Shown: piece by piece, positions 29,469-39,945 of the stretch
Numbering within the stretch: position 1 is the stretch's first letter
Layout of the letters: every line of letters starts with the position of its first letter
DNA from: an uncultured Clostridiaceae bacterium
GTDB lineage: Bacteria; Bacillota; Clostridia; Clostridiales; Clostridiaceae
Length of the DNA: 39,945 nt
Direction: 5' to 3'
Assembly (NCBI GenBank): GCA_937976175.1
Contig: CALJTN010000414.1
Coordinates: 1 to 39,945 of the forward strand
Notes under the pieces: generated by a model
What the model was told of the DNA's origin: nothing
Database searches by the model: none
The model's input: the letters and a program-made list of their open reading frames with translations, nothing else
Program-made: the position numbers and the translations under genes

Positions 29469-30182
29469 ATGGAAATTCAAACTATTAGTAATTATGAATT
29501 TATAGAATTTCATCAGGATAATGCTGTAATTTTATTCTCAACAGCAAAGCATGAACTAAGTTTCAATAAAAATACTGAGGAAGGGCTATTGAATCTAAAA
29601 ATGATTAAGGAAGCCTTGAATTTGAAAGATGTTGGCTATCTAAACCAAATTCACAGTGATTTAATTTGGAATTATCATGGAGAAGTAGAGGATGGAGATG
29701 CTTTAGTAACAGATAAGACTAAAATAGCTATAGGTGTGTTTACTGCAGATTGTGTACCAGTAATTTTAGTAGACACTAGGAGAGGTGTAATAGCCGCAAT
29801 ACACAGTGGGTGGAAAGGTACCAAAGCTTTAATCGTAAGCAAAACTATTGAAAAATTGCAAAAGGAGTATGCTTCAAAAGCTAAGGATATTAGAGTTTAC
29901 ATTGGACCTCATATTGGAGGCTGTTGCTATGAAGTTAGTAAGGAATTAGTAGAAGAGTTTACTAGTGAAGATATTTATAGTAATATTAAAATTAGTAATG
30001 GTAATAAACTTGATTTAGAAAAATGCATTAGGGCAGAGCTTTTAAAGAAGGGTATTAAAGAAACAAATATTAGTAGTACTAATACTTGTACTTCATGTAA
30101 TAAACAATATGAATTACACTCCTATAGAGTTAGTGAAAATAAGCAAGGGAGGATGTTTTCTTTTGTTTATTTAAAAGAGTAA
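29469..30182 (+). CDS. pgeF: Peptidoglycan editing factor PgeF / YfiH-type purine nucleoside phosphorylase
   Basis: QIHS, GDALVT, TADCVP, HSGWKG, IGP.I..CCYEV, SYR. Confidence 0.93.
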   Translation: MEIQTISNYEFIEFHQDNAVILFSTAKHELSFNKNTEEGLLNLKMIKEALNLKDVGYLNQIHSDLIWNYHGEVEDGDALVTDKTKIAIGVFTADCVPVILVDTRRGVIAAIHSGWKGTKALIVSKTIEKLQKEYASKAKDIRVYIGPHIGGCCYEVSKELVEEFTSEDIYSNIKISNGNKLDLEKCIRAELLKKGIKETNISSTNTCTSCNKQYELHSYRVSENKQGRMFSFVYLKE

Positions 30183-30210
30183 ATCTATAGGGAAAAATGG
30201 AGGTATTAAC

Positions 30211-30906
30211 ATGGCTGAAGAAAAAATACTTGTGGTGGATGATGAAGAACACATACAAGAATTAATTAAATTTAATTTAGAGAAGAATGGGTACAAAGTT
30301 ATATGTGCTGACAATGGCATTGACGCTATAAATCTTGCTAGAGAACAATTGCCACAACTTATGTTACTAGATTTGATGTTGCCTGGTATGGATGGCTTAG
30401 ATGTGTGTAAGGAAATTAGAAAGGACTCATCTATGTCAAACATGCCAATAATAATGATAACTGCAAAGGGAGAAGAAATAGATAAAATAATAGGACTTGA
30501 ACTAGGCGCGGATGATTATATTACAAAGCCATTCTCAGTAAGGGAACTAGTAGCAAGAATTAAAGCTATACTTAGAAGGACTACTATGCAGATAGTTGAA
30601 AAGACTTTTAAGGTAGGCAATTTGGATATTGACTTTGGTAAACACGAGGTTCTTAAAAATGAAAATAAAATTGATTTAACCTTAAAGGAATTTGAACTAC
30701 TGGAGATTTTATTAAAGAACAAAGGCAGAGTTATGACGAGAGACTTTTTATTAGATAAAATATGGGGTTATGAATACGTAGGAGAAACAAGAACTGTAGA
30801 TGTTCACATAAGGCACCTAAGACAAAAAATTGAAGATGATGATAAAAATCCAGTGTATATCCAGACAATCCGGGGAATAGGATATAGATTTAATTTCGGA
30901 GAATAA
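30211..30906 (+). CDS. phoP: OmpR-family response regulator, PhoP-like
   Basis: VVDDE, LLDLMLP, GADDYITKPF, winged helix RTVDVHIRHLR; paired with PhoR-like kinase and a PstS-like gene. Confidence 0.8.
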   Translation: MAEEKILVVDDEEHIQELIKFNLEKNGYKVICADNGIDAINLAREQLPQLMLLDLMLPGMDGLDVCKEIRKDSSMSNMPIIMITAKGEEIDKIIGLELGADDYITKPFSVRELVARIKAILRRTTMQIVEKTFKVGNLDIDFGKHEVLKNENKIDLTLKEFELLEILLKNKGRVMTRDFLLDKIWGYEYVGETRTVDVHIRHLRQKIEDDDKNPVYIQTIRGIGYRFNFGE

Positions 30907-30908
30907 AT

Positions 30909-32612
30909 ATGAAAAAGAAAATAGTTATATATTTATTAAGTACTGTTATTTTTATATTTGTAGTGGTAACTGTATTATTTGTATCTGTTTTTAACTATGA
31001 ATATCAACAAAATATAAAGAGCAAGATTCAAACAAATAATAATATGATAATAAGCTTATTGCAAAGCAATAATCTACGAGACCATGAAAAATTTTTTACA
31101 GAGAATTTATCTGGTTCAGAACTGAGAGTTACTTACATAAATAAACAAGGTAAAGTTATTTATGATTCAACTGTAAATGGTGAAACTATGGATAATCATA
31201 ATAATAGACAAGAAATAATAGAAGCAAGAAAAAGTGGGAATGGATTTATAGTGAGACACAGCGACTCTGTTAATAAGAATATGATGTATCTTGCAACTAC
31301 TTTTGGTGATGGGTTTATTATTAGAAGTTCTATGCCCCTTAAAATTGTAAATGGGCTAGGTAGCAAATATTTTAAGTTTTACATCGTAGCCATAATCTTT
31401 TCAGCCATAATGTCAATTTGGTTTTCTCTAAAACTATCCTATATTATAATAAAACCAATTGCAGACTTAGATTTTATTACTTCAAGAATTACCAAGGGCG
31501 AGTTTCATAGAAGGGCTAAGATATTATCCGATGGAGAAATAGGGAAGCTCGCTAAGAATTTCAATGAAATGGCAGATAAATTAGAATTTACCTTAAATGA
31601 AGTTACCGATAAACAAAACAGGCTAGAGGCTATTTTACAAAGTATGGATAGTGGAGTTATTGCTGTAGATAGAAACAGCAAAGTGATAATGATTAATTCT
31701 TATGCTAAAAAAATCTTTGGAATCACTAAGGATATTATAGGGCAAAATCTTCTAGATAATATAAGAGACTTCGAACTAGAACATATCTTCCATAAAAGTG
31801 ATGATGATTATAAAGAGATTAAACTGCTGTGGCCAAAGGAAAGAGAACTTAGAATAAAAACAGCAGATATAATCAATAGAAGTGAACATATTGGTACTGT
31901 GGCTGTAGTCCAAGATATCACAGAAGTAAAGAGATTAGAGAAAATGAGAACAGAATTTGTTGCTAATGTTTCTCATGAGCTTAAAACTCCGCTAACATCC
32001 ATTAAAGGCTTTGCAGAAACCTTAAGATATGTTGATGATGTTGATACAAAGGAAAAATTTTTAAATATAATAAATGAAGAAGCAGAAAGATTAACTAGAT
32101 TAATTACAGACATTTTAACACTATCTCATATAGAACAACATAAGGAAGGTAAGAAACAAAAAATATATGTTAATAAAATTGTAGAAGATGTCTATAATTT
32201 AATGAAGAACATAGCAGATGCAAAAGGTATTCACTTATCAGTACAAGAACAAAATATAAAAATACTGATGGGTGATGCAGATAGGTTTAAACAAATGCTA
32301 ATTAACTTAGTAGATAATGCAATAAACTACTCAGAAAGTGGAGATAATGTTTGCATTGGAACGGAGAACAAAGCTGATAGATTTATCCTATGGGTTAAGG
32401 ACACTGGAACTGGAATAGCTAAAGAACAAGTTCCACGGCTTTTTGAGAGGTTCTATAGAGTGGATAAAGCACGTGCTAGATCAAAGGGAGGTACGGGACT
32501 TGGTCTTGCTATTGTAAAGCATATAGTACTTAATTTTAATGGTAAAATATATGTGGAAAGTGAGCTTGGAAGTGGAAGTAAGTTCATAGTTGAAATTCCT
32601 TATAATGAATAA
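30909..32612 (+). CDS. phoR: Sensor histidine kinase, PhoR-like (HAMP, PAS, HisKA, HATPase)
   Basis: ETMDNH..R.E, FVANVSHELKTPLT, NLVDNA, FERFYRVDKAR, GGTGLGLAIVKH. Confidence 0.85.
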   Translation: MKKKIVIYLLSTVIFIFVVVTVLFVSVFNYEYQQNIKSKIQTNNNMIISLLQSNNLRDHEKFFTENLSGSELRVTYINKQGKVIYDSTVNGETMDNHNNRQEIIEARKSGNGFIVRHSDSVNKNMMYLATTFGDGFIIRSSMPLKIVNGLGSKYFKFYIVAIIFSAIMSIWFSLKLSYIIIKPIADLDFITSRITKGEFHRRAKILSDGEIGKLAKNFNEMADKLEFTLNEVTDKQNRLEAILQSMDSGVIAVDRNSKVIMINSYAKKIFGITKDIIGQNLLDNIRDFELEHIFHKSDDDYKEIKLLWPKERELRIKTADIINRSEHIGTVAVVQDITEVKRLEKMRTEFVANVSHELKTPLTSIKGFAETLRYVDDVDTKEKFLNIINEEAERLTRLITDILTLSHIEQHKEGKKQKIYVNKIVEDVYNLMKNIADAKGIHLSVQEQNIKILMGDADRFKQMLINLVDNAINYSESGDNVCIGTENKADRFILWVKDTGTGIAKEQVPRLFERFYRVDKARARSKGGTGLGLAIVKHIVLNFNGKIYVESELGSGSKFIVEIPYNE

Positions 32613-32648
32613 AAATAAAGCTATCGCTGTGATAGCTTTATTTTTATT
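32608..32648 (+). terminator. Intrinsic terminator after phoR
   Basis: AATAAAAATAAAGCTATC-GCTGT-GATAGCTTTATTTTTATT. Confidence 0.75.
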
Positions 32649-32861
32649 TATTGTAATATTCAATTACCATTAAGAAAACTCTAGTTAGTATTGTGAAAAT
32701 TATATAGGAAGTAATAAGACAGGGCGTTATACAACTAACATAGGTAAAGGGACAATTTATTAGTTAATGGAGGAAAAGTTGATTTAAAGGAATAGTTTTT
32801 TAATAAAATACAGAAACTATAAGAAATAAACCTATTAAAATATTATAGTGGAGTAGTGATT

Positions 32862-33683
32862 ATGAAAAAAATAATTTTAAAGAGTTTTTCCATAATTTTT
32901 TGCATTAGCATGATAATCCTGAGTGCAGGGTGTAAGGAAGAGGAATCCAAAGAAAAACAGCCTAAAAATATTAAAATAATTTGTGAAGACACAGTTTTGC
33001 CTATGGTAAAAGATTTAGTGAGAGATTATAATCTAAATAATGAACCTATAGTTAATGTGGAATCCGCTGAGAGAGAAGAGGCTTTTAAAAAACTATATGA
33101 TGATAAAGTAGATATCTTAATTGGATACGTTCAGCCAAACAATGAGGAAATTGAAGCTGAAGTCTTAGCTCATGATGGTATAGGTATTGTTGTTAACACT
33201 GCTAATAAGGTAGATACTATAGGAACTACAGAGGTAAGAAAAATATATACTGGAGATATAGTAAACTGGGAAGCATTAAAAGGTGAAGCAGGAACTATAG
33301 TTCCTATAGCTTTTAAAAATGTTTTAAACACAGTACAAGAAGAATTTAACAGGAGGATTATGGATACTCCTGTAAAAGAAGAAATGACTAATAGCGTACA
33401 ACGTGTATCTAGCATGGAAGAAATGAAAAATCTTATTGCTCAAAATAAAAATGCTATAGGTATTATGCCAGGACAGTGGTATAATAAAGAAAGTAAGTTT
33501 TTAAAATTAAATGGAATTGAACTTACCACATCAAATTTAAAAAATCAACTTTATTTACTAAGGTTCCCCATAAAGATGTATTATTCTAAGGAGAAAGAAG
33601 AGGGTTTTAAAGATCTTTTTCAGTATTTTAAAAGCGAAGATGGTAAGAAAATCATAAGGAAATATGGCATAGAAGCTTCGTAG
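32862..33683 (+). CDS. PstS-like substrate-binding lipoprotein with a degenerate binding site
   Basis: Lipobox LSAGC; AHDGIGIVVN, IYTGDIVNW and NKNAIG are PstS-family motifs; ATG 32862 is 8 nt after GGAG. Confidence 0.75.
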   Translation: MKKIILKSFSIIFCISMIILSAGCKEEESKEKQPKNIKIICEDTVLPMVKDLVRDYNLNNEPIVNVESAEREEAFKKLYDDKVDILIGYVQPNNEEIEAEVLAHDGIGIVVNTANKVDTIGTTEVRKIYTGDIVNWEALKGEAGTIVPIAFKNVLNTVQEEFNRRIMDTPVKEEMTNSVQRVSSMEEMKNLIAQNKNAIGIMPGQWYNKESKFLKLNGIELTTSNLKNQLYLLRFPIKMYYSKEKEEGFKDLFQYFKSEDGKKIIRKYGIEAS

Positions 33684-33708
33684 TACCTCCTTCTTGGGAG
33701 GTATTTTT
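33684..33708 (+). terminator. Intrinsic terminator
   Basis: TACCTCC / GGAGGTA followed by TTTTT. Confidence 0.7.
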
Positions 33709-33818
33709 AATCTGTAATAAATTATATAATATTTTTTAAATTCTTCAGTATAAGTACTTCAAAAGTGTGCAGAATTTGCTATAAATGCTTTTTTTTCTCC
33801 TTTTAAAGGCTAATAACG

Positions 33819-33847
33819 TTGACTTAGGTATTTAATTCATGTAATAT
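33819..33847 (+). promoter_or_regulatory. Putative SigA promoter for DUF512-der-gpsA
   Basis: TTGACT, 17 nt, TAATAT. Confidence 0.4.
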
Positions 33848-33997
33848 AACTTAATGGAATGCTATAATTTATTATGGAGATAATGGCTTAATATAAATTA
33901 AATGTTATATTTAAACATACCACTTAATCTTAATATAGTATTTGTAATTCCTCATAAACCTTTTGAATGAAAGGTTATTGTTAATTAGGAGGTTAAA

Positions 33998-35335
33998 ATG
34001 AAAAACCAAATAGCTAAAATACTTCCGGGGAGTATTGCAGAAGAAATTGAGCTGGTCGTGGGAGATAGATTAATTAGTATAAATGGCAATGTTGTAATAG
34101 ATATTATTGATTATAAATTTTTAATTACAGATGAACTTCTTCACATTGAAATTGAAAAGGCAGATGGCGAAGTTTGGGAAATTGAAGTTGAAAAGGAATA
34201 TGATGAAGATTTAGGCATTCAATTTGTTGATGCTATTTTAGATAAGCCCAAAAGCTGTCATAATAAATGCATATTCTGTTTTATTGATCAATTACCAGAA
34301 GGTATGAGGGAAACTTTATACTTTAAAGATGATGATTCAAGGCTATCCTTTTTCCAAGGTAATTTTGTAACCTTAACTAATATGAAGGAAGAAGATATTG
34401 ATAGGATAATTCGATATAAGATAAGTCCTATTAATGTTTCCGTGCATACTACGGATGCAGAACTTAGAAAGGTTATGTTAAATAATAGATTTGCTGGTAA
34501 TGTATATGATAGGTTAAAGAGGCTAGCTGAAGCTGGTATTAAAATTAATTGTCAAGTGGTTTCTTGTCCAGGTATTAATAACGGACCTGAACTTATAAAA
34601 ACCATTGAGGATTTATATAAACTTTATCCGAGCATTGAAAATTTAGCAGTGGTGCCAGTTGGTATAACAAAATATAGGGAAGGCTTATTTAATTTAACCT
34701 TGTATGATAAGAATACTGCCACGCAAGAGATCGAAGATGTAAAAGAGTTACAAGAGAAATATATTAGGGATATAGGGTCACCCTTTATAAGGCTATCTGA
34801 TGAATTTTATGTTACAGCACAAATAGATGTGCCACCGGAAGAGTTTTATGACGGTTATGACCAGTTAGAAGATGGTATTGGGATGATAAGACTACTTAGA
34901 AGTGTTATCGAGGAAGATGTAGCAGACCTAAGGCTAAATAGTAGGGGAAGTTTTACCTTTGTAACAGGACATTCAGCTTATGAAGAAATATTACAGGTGG
35001 CAAATAAAATTACTACCTGTAACAATAAGATTAGTATTGATGTTAAAAAAATAGTAAATGATTTTTTTGGAGAAACTATTACAGTAGCAGGTCTTTTAAC
35101 AGGAAAAGATATAATTAATCAACTTAAGGATGAAGAGCTAGGGGAGCATTTAATAATTCCTAGCAATATGCTAAAAAAAGGATATGAACTCGGAAACTAT
35201 GAGGAACAAATATTCTTAGATAATATTACAGTAAGTGAACTGGAAAAAAGCTTAAATACAAAAGTTTTAATATGTGATTATTCAGGAGAAGATTTAATCC
35301 ATATAATAAACGTAAATAGTCGGGAGGAAGAATAA
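33998..35335 (+). CDS. DUF512 protein (PDZ-like N-terminus, radical-SAM-like Fe-S motif)
   Basis: [44 protein letters not shown]; conserved upstream of der. Confidence 0.88.
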   Translation: MKNQIAKILPGSIAEEIELVVGDRLISINGNVVIDIIDYKFLITDELLHIEIEKADGEVWEIEVEKEYDEDLGIQFVDAILDKPKSCHNKCIFCFIDQLPEGMRETLYFKDDDSRLSFFQGNFVTLTNMKEEDIDRIIRYKISPINVSVHTTDAELRKVMLNNRFAGNVYDRLKRLAEAGIKINCQVVSCPGINNGPELIKTIEDLYKLYPSIENLAVVPVGITKYREGLFNLTLYDKNTATQEIEDVKELQEKYIRDIGSPFIRLSDEFYVTAQIDVPPEEFYDGYDQLEDGIGMIRLLRSVIEEDVADLRLNSRGSFTFVTGHSAYEEILQVANKITTCNNKISIDVKKIVNDFFGETITVAGLLTGKDIINQLKDEELGEHLIIPSNMLKKGYELGNYEEQIFLDNITVSELEKSLNTKVLICDYSGEDLIHIINVNSREEE

Positions 35336-36651
35336 TGGCAAAACCAATCGTAGCAATAGTAGGAAGACCTAATGTAGGAAAATCAACATTATTTAACAAG
35401 TTAGCAGGCAGAAGAATATCAATAGTTGAAGATACACCAGGTGTAACAAGAGATAGAGTGTATGCTGACGCAGAGTGGCTTAGGCACAATTTCACAATAA
35501 TTGACACCGGCGGTATAGAACCTGAAAGTCAAGATATTATTTTAGCACAAATGAGAAGGCAAGCACAAATAGCTATAGAAACAGCAGATGTTATAGTATT
35601 TATTGTAGATGGTAAGCAAGGACTTACAGGCTCAGATTACGAAGTTGCTCAAATGCTTAGACAAAGCAAGAAATCAATAGTACTTGTGGTAAACAAAATA
35701 GACCACCTTCAACTTGAAGCTAACGCTTTCGAGTTCTATAATTTAGGGATAGGTAATCCTATAGCTATTTCTGCAACTCAAGGTCTTGGACTTGGAGACA
35801 TGCTAGATGAAGTAGTAGCACATTTTGAAAGTGTTTACTCAAATGTAGAAAATGAAGAATATATCCAAGTTGCAGTGGTAGGAAAGCCAAATGTTGGTAA
35901 ATCATCATTGATAAATAAGATGCTTGGAGAAGAAAGAAATATAGTAACTAATATTGCAGGTACTACAAGAGATGCTATCGACAGTAAACTCGAAACTGAA
36001 GAAGGTAAATTTATTCTTATAGATACAGCAGGAATAAGAAGAAAAAGTAAAGTACACGAAGGAATTGAAAGATACAGTGTTATCAGATCCTTAGCGGCTG
36101 TTGAGAGAGCTGATGTAGTTATACTTATCCTTGATGCTACAGAAGAATTAAGTGATCAAGATGAGAAAATTATAGGTTATGCTCATGAGATGAAAAAGGC
36201 CATTATGGTCATAATAAATAAATGGGATCTTATCGAAAAAGATGACAAGACTATGATAGAGCATAAAAAGAAAATACAAGCAGGATTATCTTTCATGGCC
36301 TATGCACCTTATTTATATATATCTGCAAAAACAGGTCAAAGAGTACATAAGGTATTAGCAACAGTAAAAGAATGCTATGACAATTATTCAAAAAGAATTT
36401 CCACAGGCATAATTAATGAAGTTGTAAATAAGGCTGTACTTATGAAAGAACCTCCAACGGTAGCTCTTAAGAGATTGAAAATATTCTATGTTACTCAAGT
36501 AGATACTAAACCACCAACATTCATATTCTTTGTAAATGATCCAAATCTATTACATTTTTCTTATGAAAGATATTTAGAGAATCAACTAAGAAGTAGCTTT
36601 GAATTTAGCGGAACAGGTATAAAACTTATATTCAGAGAAAGGAAGGAATAG
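35335..36651 (+). CDS. der: Ribosome biogenesis GTPase Der/EngA
   Basis: Two G-domains GRPNVGKS and [20 protein letters not shown]-terminal KH-like YLENQLR. Confidence 0.99.
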   Translation: MAKPIVAIVGRPNVGKSTLFNKLAGRRISIVEDTPGVTRDRVYADAEWLRHNFTIIDTGGIEPESQDIILAQMRRQAQIAIETADVIVFIVDGKQGLTGSDYEVAQMLRQSKKSIVLVVNKIDHLQLEANAFEFYNLGIGNPIAISATQGLGLGDMLDEVVAHFESVYSNVENEEYIQVAVVGKPNVGKSSLINKMLGEERNIVTNIAGTTRDAIDSKLETEEGKFILIDTAGIRRKSKVHEGIERYSVIRSLAAVERADVVILILDATEELSDQDEKIIGYAHEMKKAIMVIINKWDLIEKDDKTMIEHKKKIQAGLSFMAYAPYLYISAKTGQRVHKVLATVKECYDNYSKRISTGIINEVVNKAVLMKEPPTVALKRLKIFYVTQVDTKPPTFIFFVNDPNLLHFSYERYLENQLRSSFEFSGTGIKLIFRERKE

Positions 36652-36652
36652 A

Positions 36653-37645
36653 ATGTCAAAAGTTGCTTTTTTAGGTGGTGGAAGTTTTGGCAGTGCTTTA
36701 TCCATAATGCTTGCCAAAAAAGGAACGAAAGTTAACCTGTGGGATAGAGAAATTAATGTTGTAAATGATATTAACATTAAAAGAGAAAATATAAAATATT
36801 TACCCAGCGTTATCGTACCAGTAGGAGTAACAGCATTCTCAGATATAGAAGAAGCTATAAGTGACAGCGAGATAATAGTACTCGCTGTGCCATCACATGT
36901 AGTAAGAGGATTAAGTAAGATAATAGCACCACATTTAAAACAAAATCAAATTGTAGTCAGCATTGCAAAAGGAATTGAAGAAGGATCTTTAAAAAGAATT
37001 TCAGAGGTCATAGAAGAAGAAATTAAAGGTAATCCTATAGTAATACTCTCAGGTCCTAGTCATGCAGAAGAGGTGGCCTTAGATATACCTACAACAGTAG
37101 TAGTTACATCTAAACAAATGGAGTATGCCAAATTAGTTCAAGATGTATTTATGACTAGTAAATTTAGGGTTTATACCAATGAAGATATTATTGGGGTAGA
37201 AATAGGTGGAGCAGTTAAAAACATCATTGCACTAGCTGCAGGTGTGTCGGATGGTATAGGCTACGGCGACAATTCAAAGGCTGCACTTATGACAAGAGGA
37301 ATGAGCGAAATCATAAAAATAGGAACTAAGCTTGGAGGTAAAACAGAAACCTTCTACGGATTGACAGGTATGGGTGATCTTATTGTAACCTGCACTAGTA
37401 TGCATAGTAGAAATAGAAGGGCTGGTATTTTGATTGGTAAGGGCGTTTCTATGGAAAAGGCTTGCCAGGACATAGGAATGGTAGTTGAAGGCATAAAAGC
37501 TACAAGGGCCTTCTATGAACTTAAAGAAAGAGAACAAATTTCTATGCCCATTACAGATGTACTTTACAAAGTACTATTTGAAGGTAAGGACCCTAAATAT
37601 GGTGTATATGAATTAATGTCAAGAGATAAAAAAGATGAATTTTAA
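36653..37645 (+). CDS. gpsA: NAD(P)H-dependent glycerol-3-phosphate dehydrogenase
   Basis: [38 protein letters not shown]. Confidence 0.98.
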   Translation: MSKVAFLGGGSFGSALSIMLAKKGTKVNLWDREINVVNDINIKRENIKYLPSVIVPVGVTAFSDIEEAISDSEIIVLAVPSHVVRGLSKIIAPHLKQNQIVVSIAKGIEEGSLKRISEVIEEEIKGNPIVILSGPSHAEEVALDIPTTVVVTSKQMEYAKLVQDVFMTSKFRVYTNEDIIGVEIGGAVKNIIALAAGVSDGIGYGDNSKAALMTRGMSEIIKIGTKLGGKTETFYGLTGMGDLIVTCTSMHSRNRRAGILIGKGVSMEKACQDIGMVVEGIKATRAFYELKEREQISMPITDVLYKVLFEGKDPKYGVYELMSRDKKDEF

Positions 37646-37677
37646 AGGCCTTTTATAAAACTCAACAATTACTATAG

Positions 37678-37723
37678 AAAGCTCAGTTTTTCGTTAATAA
37701 ATTAATGAAGAACTGGGCTTTTT
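37678..37723 (+). terminator. Probable terminator after gpsA
   Basis: AAAGCTCAGTTTTT / AAGAACTGGGCTTT stem followed by T's. Confidence 0.6.
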
Positions 37724-37808
37724 ATATATATTTTCAATCTATAGTAATAATTTATTGTTCTTTAAAATATATTTATAATGTTAATAATAAGTATTGGGAG
37801 GGTATATC

Positions 37809-39287
37809 TTGGATAATTTTGATATATACAAAGATATAGCGGAGAGAACTCAAGGGGATATTTATGTAGGTGTTGTGGGTCCCGTAAGGACTGGGAAATC
37901 AACCTTTATAAAAAGATTTATGGAGCTTATGGTAATTCCTAAAATAGACAATCCTCACAAAAAAGAAAGAGCAAAAGATGAGCTTCCTCAAAGTGGATCA
38001 GGAAAGTCAATTCACACTACTGAACCTAAATTTGTACCCAACGAAGCAGTTGAAATTGATTTTGAAGGCGGCACTAAATTCAAAGTTAGAATGGTTGACT
38101 GTGTTGGATACATTGTTAAAGGAGCAGTGGGATACGCTGAAGGGGAGACACCTAAAATGGTGACAACTCCATGGTATGACTATGAGATTCCATTTGAGGA
38201 AGCAGCAGAACTTGGAACAAAAAAGGTAATAAATGAGCACTCAACTATTGGCCTTTTAATAACTACAGATGGTTCTATAACAGGTATAGAAAGAGATGAA
38301 TACTTAGAAGCAGAAGGAAGGGTAGTTGATGAACTTAAATCCATCAATAAACCTTTCATAATGGTGTTAAATTCTAAAAATGCAACAGCCCCTGAAACAG
38401 TAGCTTTAGGAAGAGAATTAGAAGAAAAGTATGATGTACCAGTTCAAGTTATGGATGTTATAAATATGAAGGAGGATGATATAGCCAATATATTCCAAAG
38501 AGTTCTTAAAGAATTCCCGGTTAAAGAAATTAACATAGATATGCCAGAATGGATTGAAAACTTAAGTTCTAAGCACTGGGTAAAAATTAACTTTATGAAG
38601 TTCTTAAAAGATATGTGCAAGGATATTTTTAAAGTTAGAGATATAAATAAATCTCTACTAACCTTTAAAGAAGTTGATTTTTTAGATTCTGCAAAACTTG
38701 ATGAGATGAATATGGGAGAGGGCACTGCTAGAGTTAACATAATGCCTAAACATGAATTATTTTACAAAATACTTGGTGAAACTTGTAATTGTGAAATAAA
38801 GGGTGAAAATGACTTGTTAACGCTAATGGGTGAATTCTCTAGAGCTAAAGTGGAATATGATAAAATTGCAGAGGCCTTAAGCGATGTTAAAGAAAAGGGA
38901 TATGGCCTGGTAGCACCACAGCTTTCAGAAATGACCTTAGAAGAACCTGAAATTGTGCAACATGGTGGTAGATATGGAGTTAAGTTAAAGGCTTCAGCAC
39001 CTTCCCTTCACTTTATTAAGGCAAATATTCAAACAGAAGTATCGCCTATTATGGGCACAGAAAAGCAAAGTGAAGAGTTCTATAAATCCATCTTAGAACA
39101 GTTTGATAATGATAAATCCCAAATTTGGCAGAGTAATATGTTTGGTAAATCTTTAGAAGTATTAGTTAAAGAAGGTCTTCAAAATAAGCTATTTAAGATG
39201 CCAGATGATGTTCAAGTGAAAATTCAAAGAACACTACAGAGAATTATAAATGAGGGCAATGGCAGCTTAATATGTATTATATTATAA
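37809..39287 (+). CDS. spoIVA: Stage IV sporulation protein A
   Basis: IYKDIAERT.GDIYVGVVGPVRTGKSTFIK, RAKDELPQSG, C-terminal LICIIL; TTG 37809 after GGGAGG. Confidence 0.98.
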   Translation: MDNFDIYKDIAERTQGDIYVGVVGPVRTGKSTFIKRFMELMVIPKIDNPHKKERAKDELPQSGSGKSIHTTEPKFVPNEAVEIDFEGGTKFKVRMVDCVGYIVKGAVGYAEGETPKMVTTPWYDYEIPFEEAAELGTKKVINEHSTIGLLITTDGSITGIERDEYLEAEGRVVDELKSINKPFIMVLNSKNATAPETVALGRELEEKYDVPVQVMDVINMKEDDIANIFQRVLKEFPVKEINIDMPEWIENLSSKHWVKINFMKFLKDMCKDIFKVRDINKSLLTFKEVDFLDSAKLDEMNMGEGTARVNIMPKHELFYKILGETCNCEIKGENDLLTLMGEFSRAKVEYDKIAEALSDVKEKGYGLVAPQLSEMTLEEPEIVQHGGRYGVKLKASAPSLHFIKANIQTEVSPIMGTEKQSEEFYKSILEQFDNDKSQIWQSNMFGKSLEVLVKEGLQNKLFKMPDDVQVKIQRTLQRIINEGNGSLICIIL

Positions 39288-39311
39288 TAATATTTTTTAT
39301 TATATAGTAGT

Positions 39312-39345
39312 TTTGAGTTATAGGGAAAAATTCTTATAACTCAAA
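39312..39345 (+). terminator. Hairpin after spoIVA (possible terminator)
   Basis: TTTGAGTTATA / TATAACTCAAA 11-bp inverted repeat; no clear U-tract. Confidence 0.5.
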
Positions 39346-39358
39346 GCTAAATTTAATC

Positions 39359-39388
39359 TTGAATTAATGTAAAAATTTATGTTATAAT
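39359..39388 (+). promoter_or_regulatory. SigA promoter for tRNA-Pro
   Basis: TTGAAT, 18 nt, TATAAT with an extended TG, 10 nt before the tRNA. Confidence 0.65.
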
Positions 39389-39398
39389 AAAGCTATAA

Positions 39399-39474
39399 CT
39401 GGGTGTAGCGCAGATGGTAGCGCGCATGAATGGGGTTCATGAGGTCGCAAGTTCGATTCTTGTCACTCAGACCA
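39399..39474 (+). tRNA. tRNA-Pro (GGG)
   Basis: Acceptor CTGGGTG/CACTCAG plus ACCA; anticodon arm CATGA-ATGGGGT-TCATG (GGG at 39432-39434); GTTCGA T-loop; 76 nt. Confidence 0.97.
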
Positions 39475-39531
39475 TTGAAAATAAAGGGTTAATGTCGATA
39501 ACGAATAGAATTAGTACGGAGAAAAACAAAG

Positions 39532-39576
39532 AAAAAGTACGGGAGTCATTTTAAAATGAAAATCCGTACTTTTTTA
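39532..39576. terminator. Bidirectional terminator between the tRNA and the integrase
   Basis: AAAAAGTACGG (39532-39542) / CCGTACTTTTT (39564-39574). Confidence 0.65.
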
Positions 39577-39577
39577 T

Positions 39578-39945
39578 TTATAATTTAAGTTTATTATTCA
39601 AGTCATTAATAGCCTGTTCCTGGATATCGGGTAATACATGGCTATAGGTGCTAAGTGTCATTTTAATATCACTATGCTCTAATCGTTCAGCAACTATTTT
39701 AGGGTGTATATTGGCCTTTAGCATTATAGTGGCATGTGTGTGCCTAAGGTCGTGAAATCTAATAACTGGTATTTCAAGAGTTTAGCATACTTTATATTCC
39801 TTTAATACCCGTCTATAGTTCCGCCCAATATAACTAGGGTTGTAAGGGTTACCATTATTCAAGCATATAACATAATCAAGCTTATTGTAGTTATCATCTA
39901 GATAAAATTTGTATTCTTCTTGTTTAGTTCTTAACACTTTCAGTG
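39578..39945 (-). pseudogene. C-terminal part of a tyrosine recombinase/integrase with an in-frame stop (runs off the window)
   Basis: Minus frame ...KEYKVC*TLEIPVIRFHDLRHTHATIML...VAERLEHSDIKMTLSTYSHV...KL*; internal TAA at 39782-39784; final stop at 39578-39580. Confidence 0.9.

Larger units (their letters stand above)
39475..39945. mobile_element. Left edge of an integrated element (prophage/ICE/island) at tRNA-Pro
   Basis: Integrase gene converges on the tRNA 3' end about 100 nt away, the classic att-site layout. Confidence 0.75.

Noticed and set aside
3329-38740. Many 60-130-aa ORFs antisense to or nested within real genes
   Set aside because: All overlap well-supported genes and have no recognisable domains.

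Overview
AT-rich chromosome segment of a spore-forming Clostridium (sensu stricto-like), almost all on the + strand. From about 4.2 to 39.5 kb it is conserved core: PRC-barrel/AI-2E, T-box-regulated alaS, ireB-ruvX-DUF1292, fur-rnj-ylbF, typA-mltG, trmR-like methyltransferase/U32/udk, a PBP, intact sigK, aroE-pilT, ftsA-ftsZ, spoIIGA-sigE-sigG-ylmC, nrdR-pgeF-phoPR, a degenerate PstS-like lipoprotein, DUF512-der-gpsA-spoIVA and tRNA-Pro(GGG). The unusual material lies at the two ends. At the left, mnmA is cut off at about nt 108 by foreign non-coding DNA. It is followed by a NifU/IscU gene with a Fur-box core, a ~270-bp imperfect palindrome, and four unrelated co-oriented accessory genes whose spacers share a degenerate motif with conserved ends and a variable hairpin centre (a candidate integron-like cassette array, the best lead here). 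At the right, a pseudogenised tyrosine integrase converges on tRNA-Pro, marking the edge of an integrated element. All calls come from reading the sequence and recognising motifs; no searches were run.
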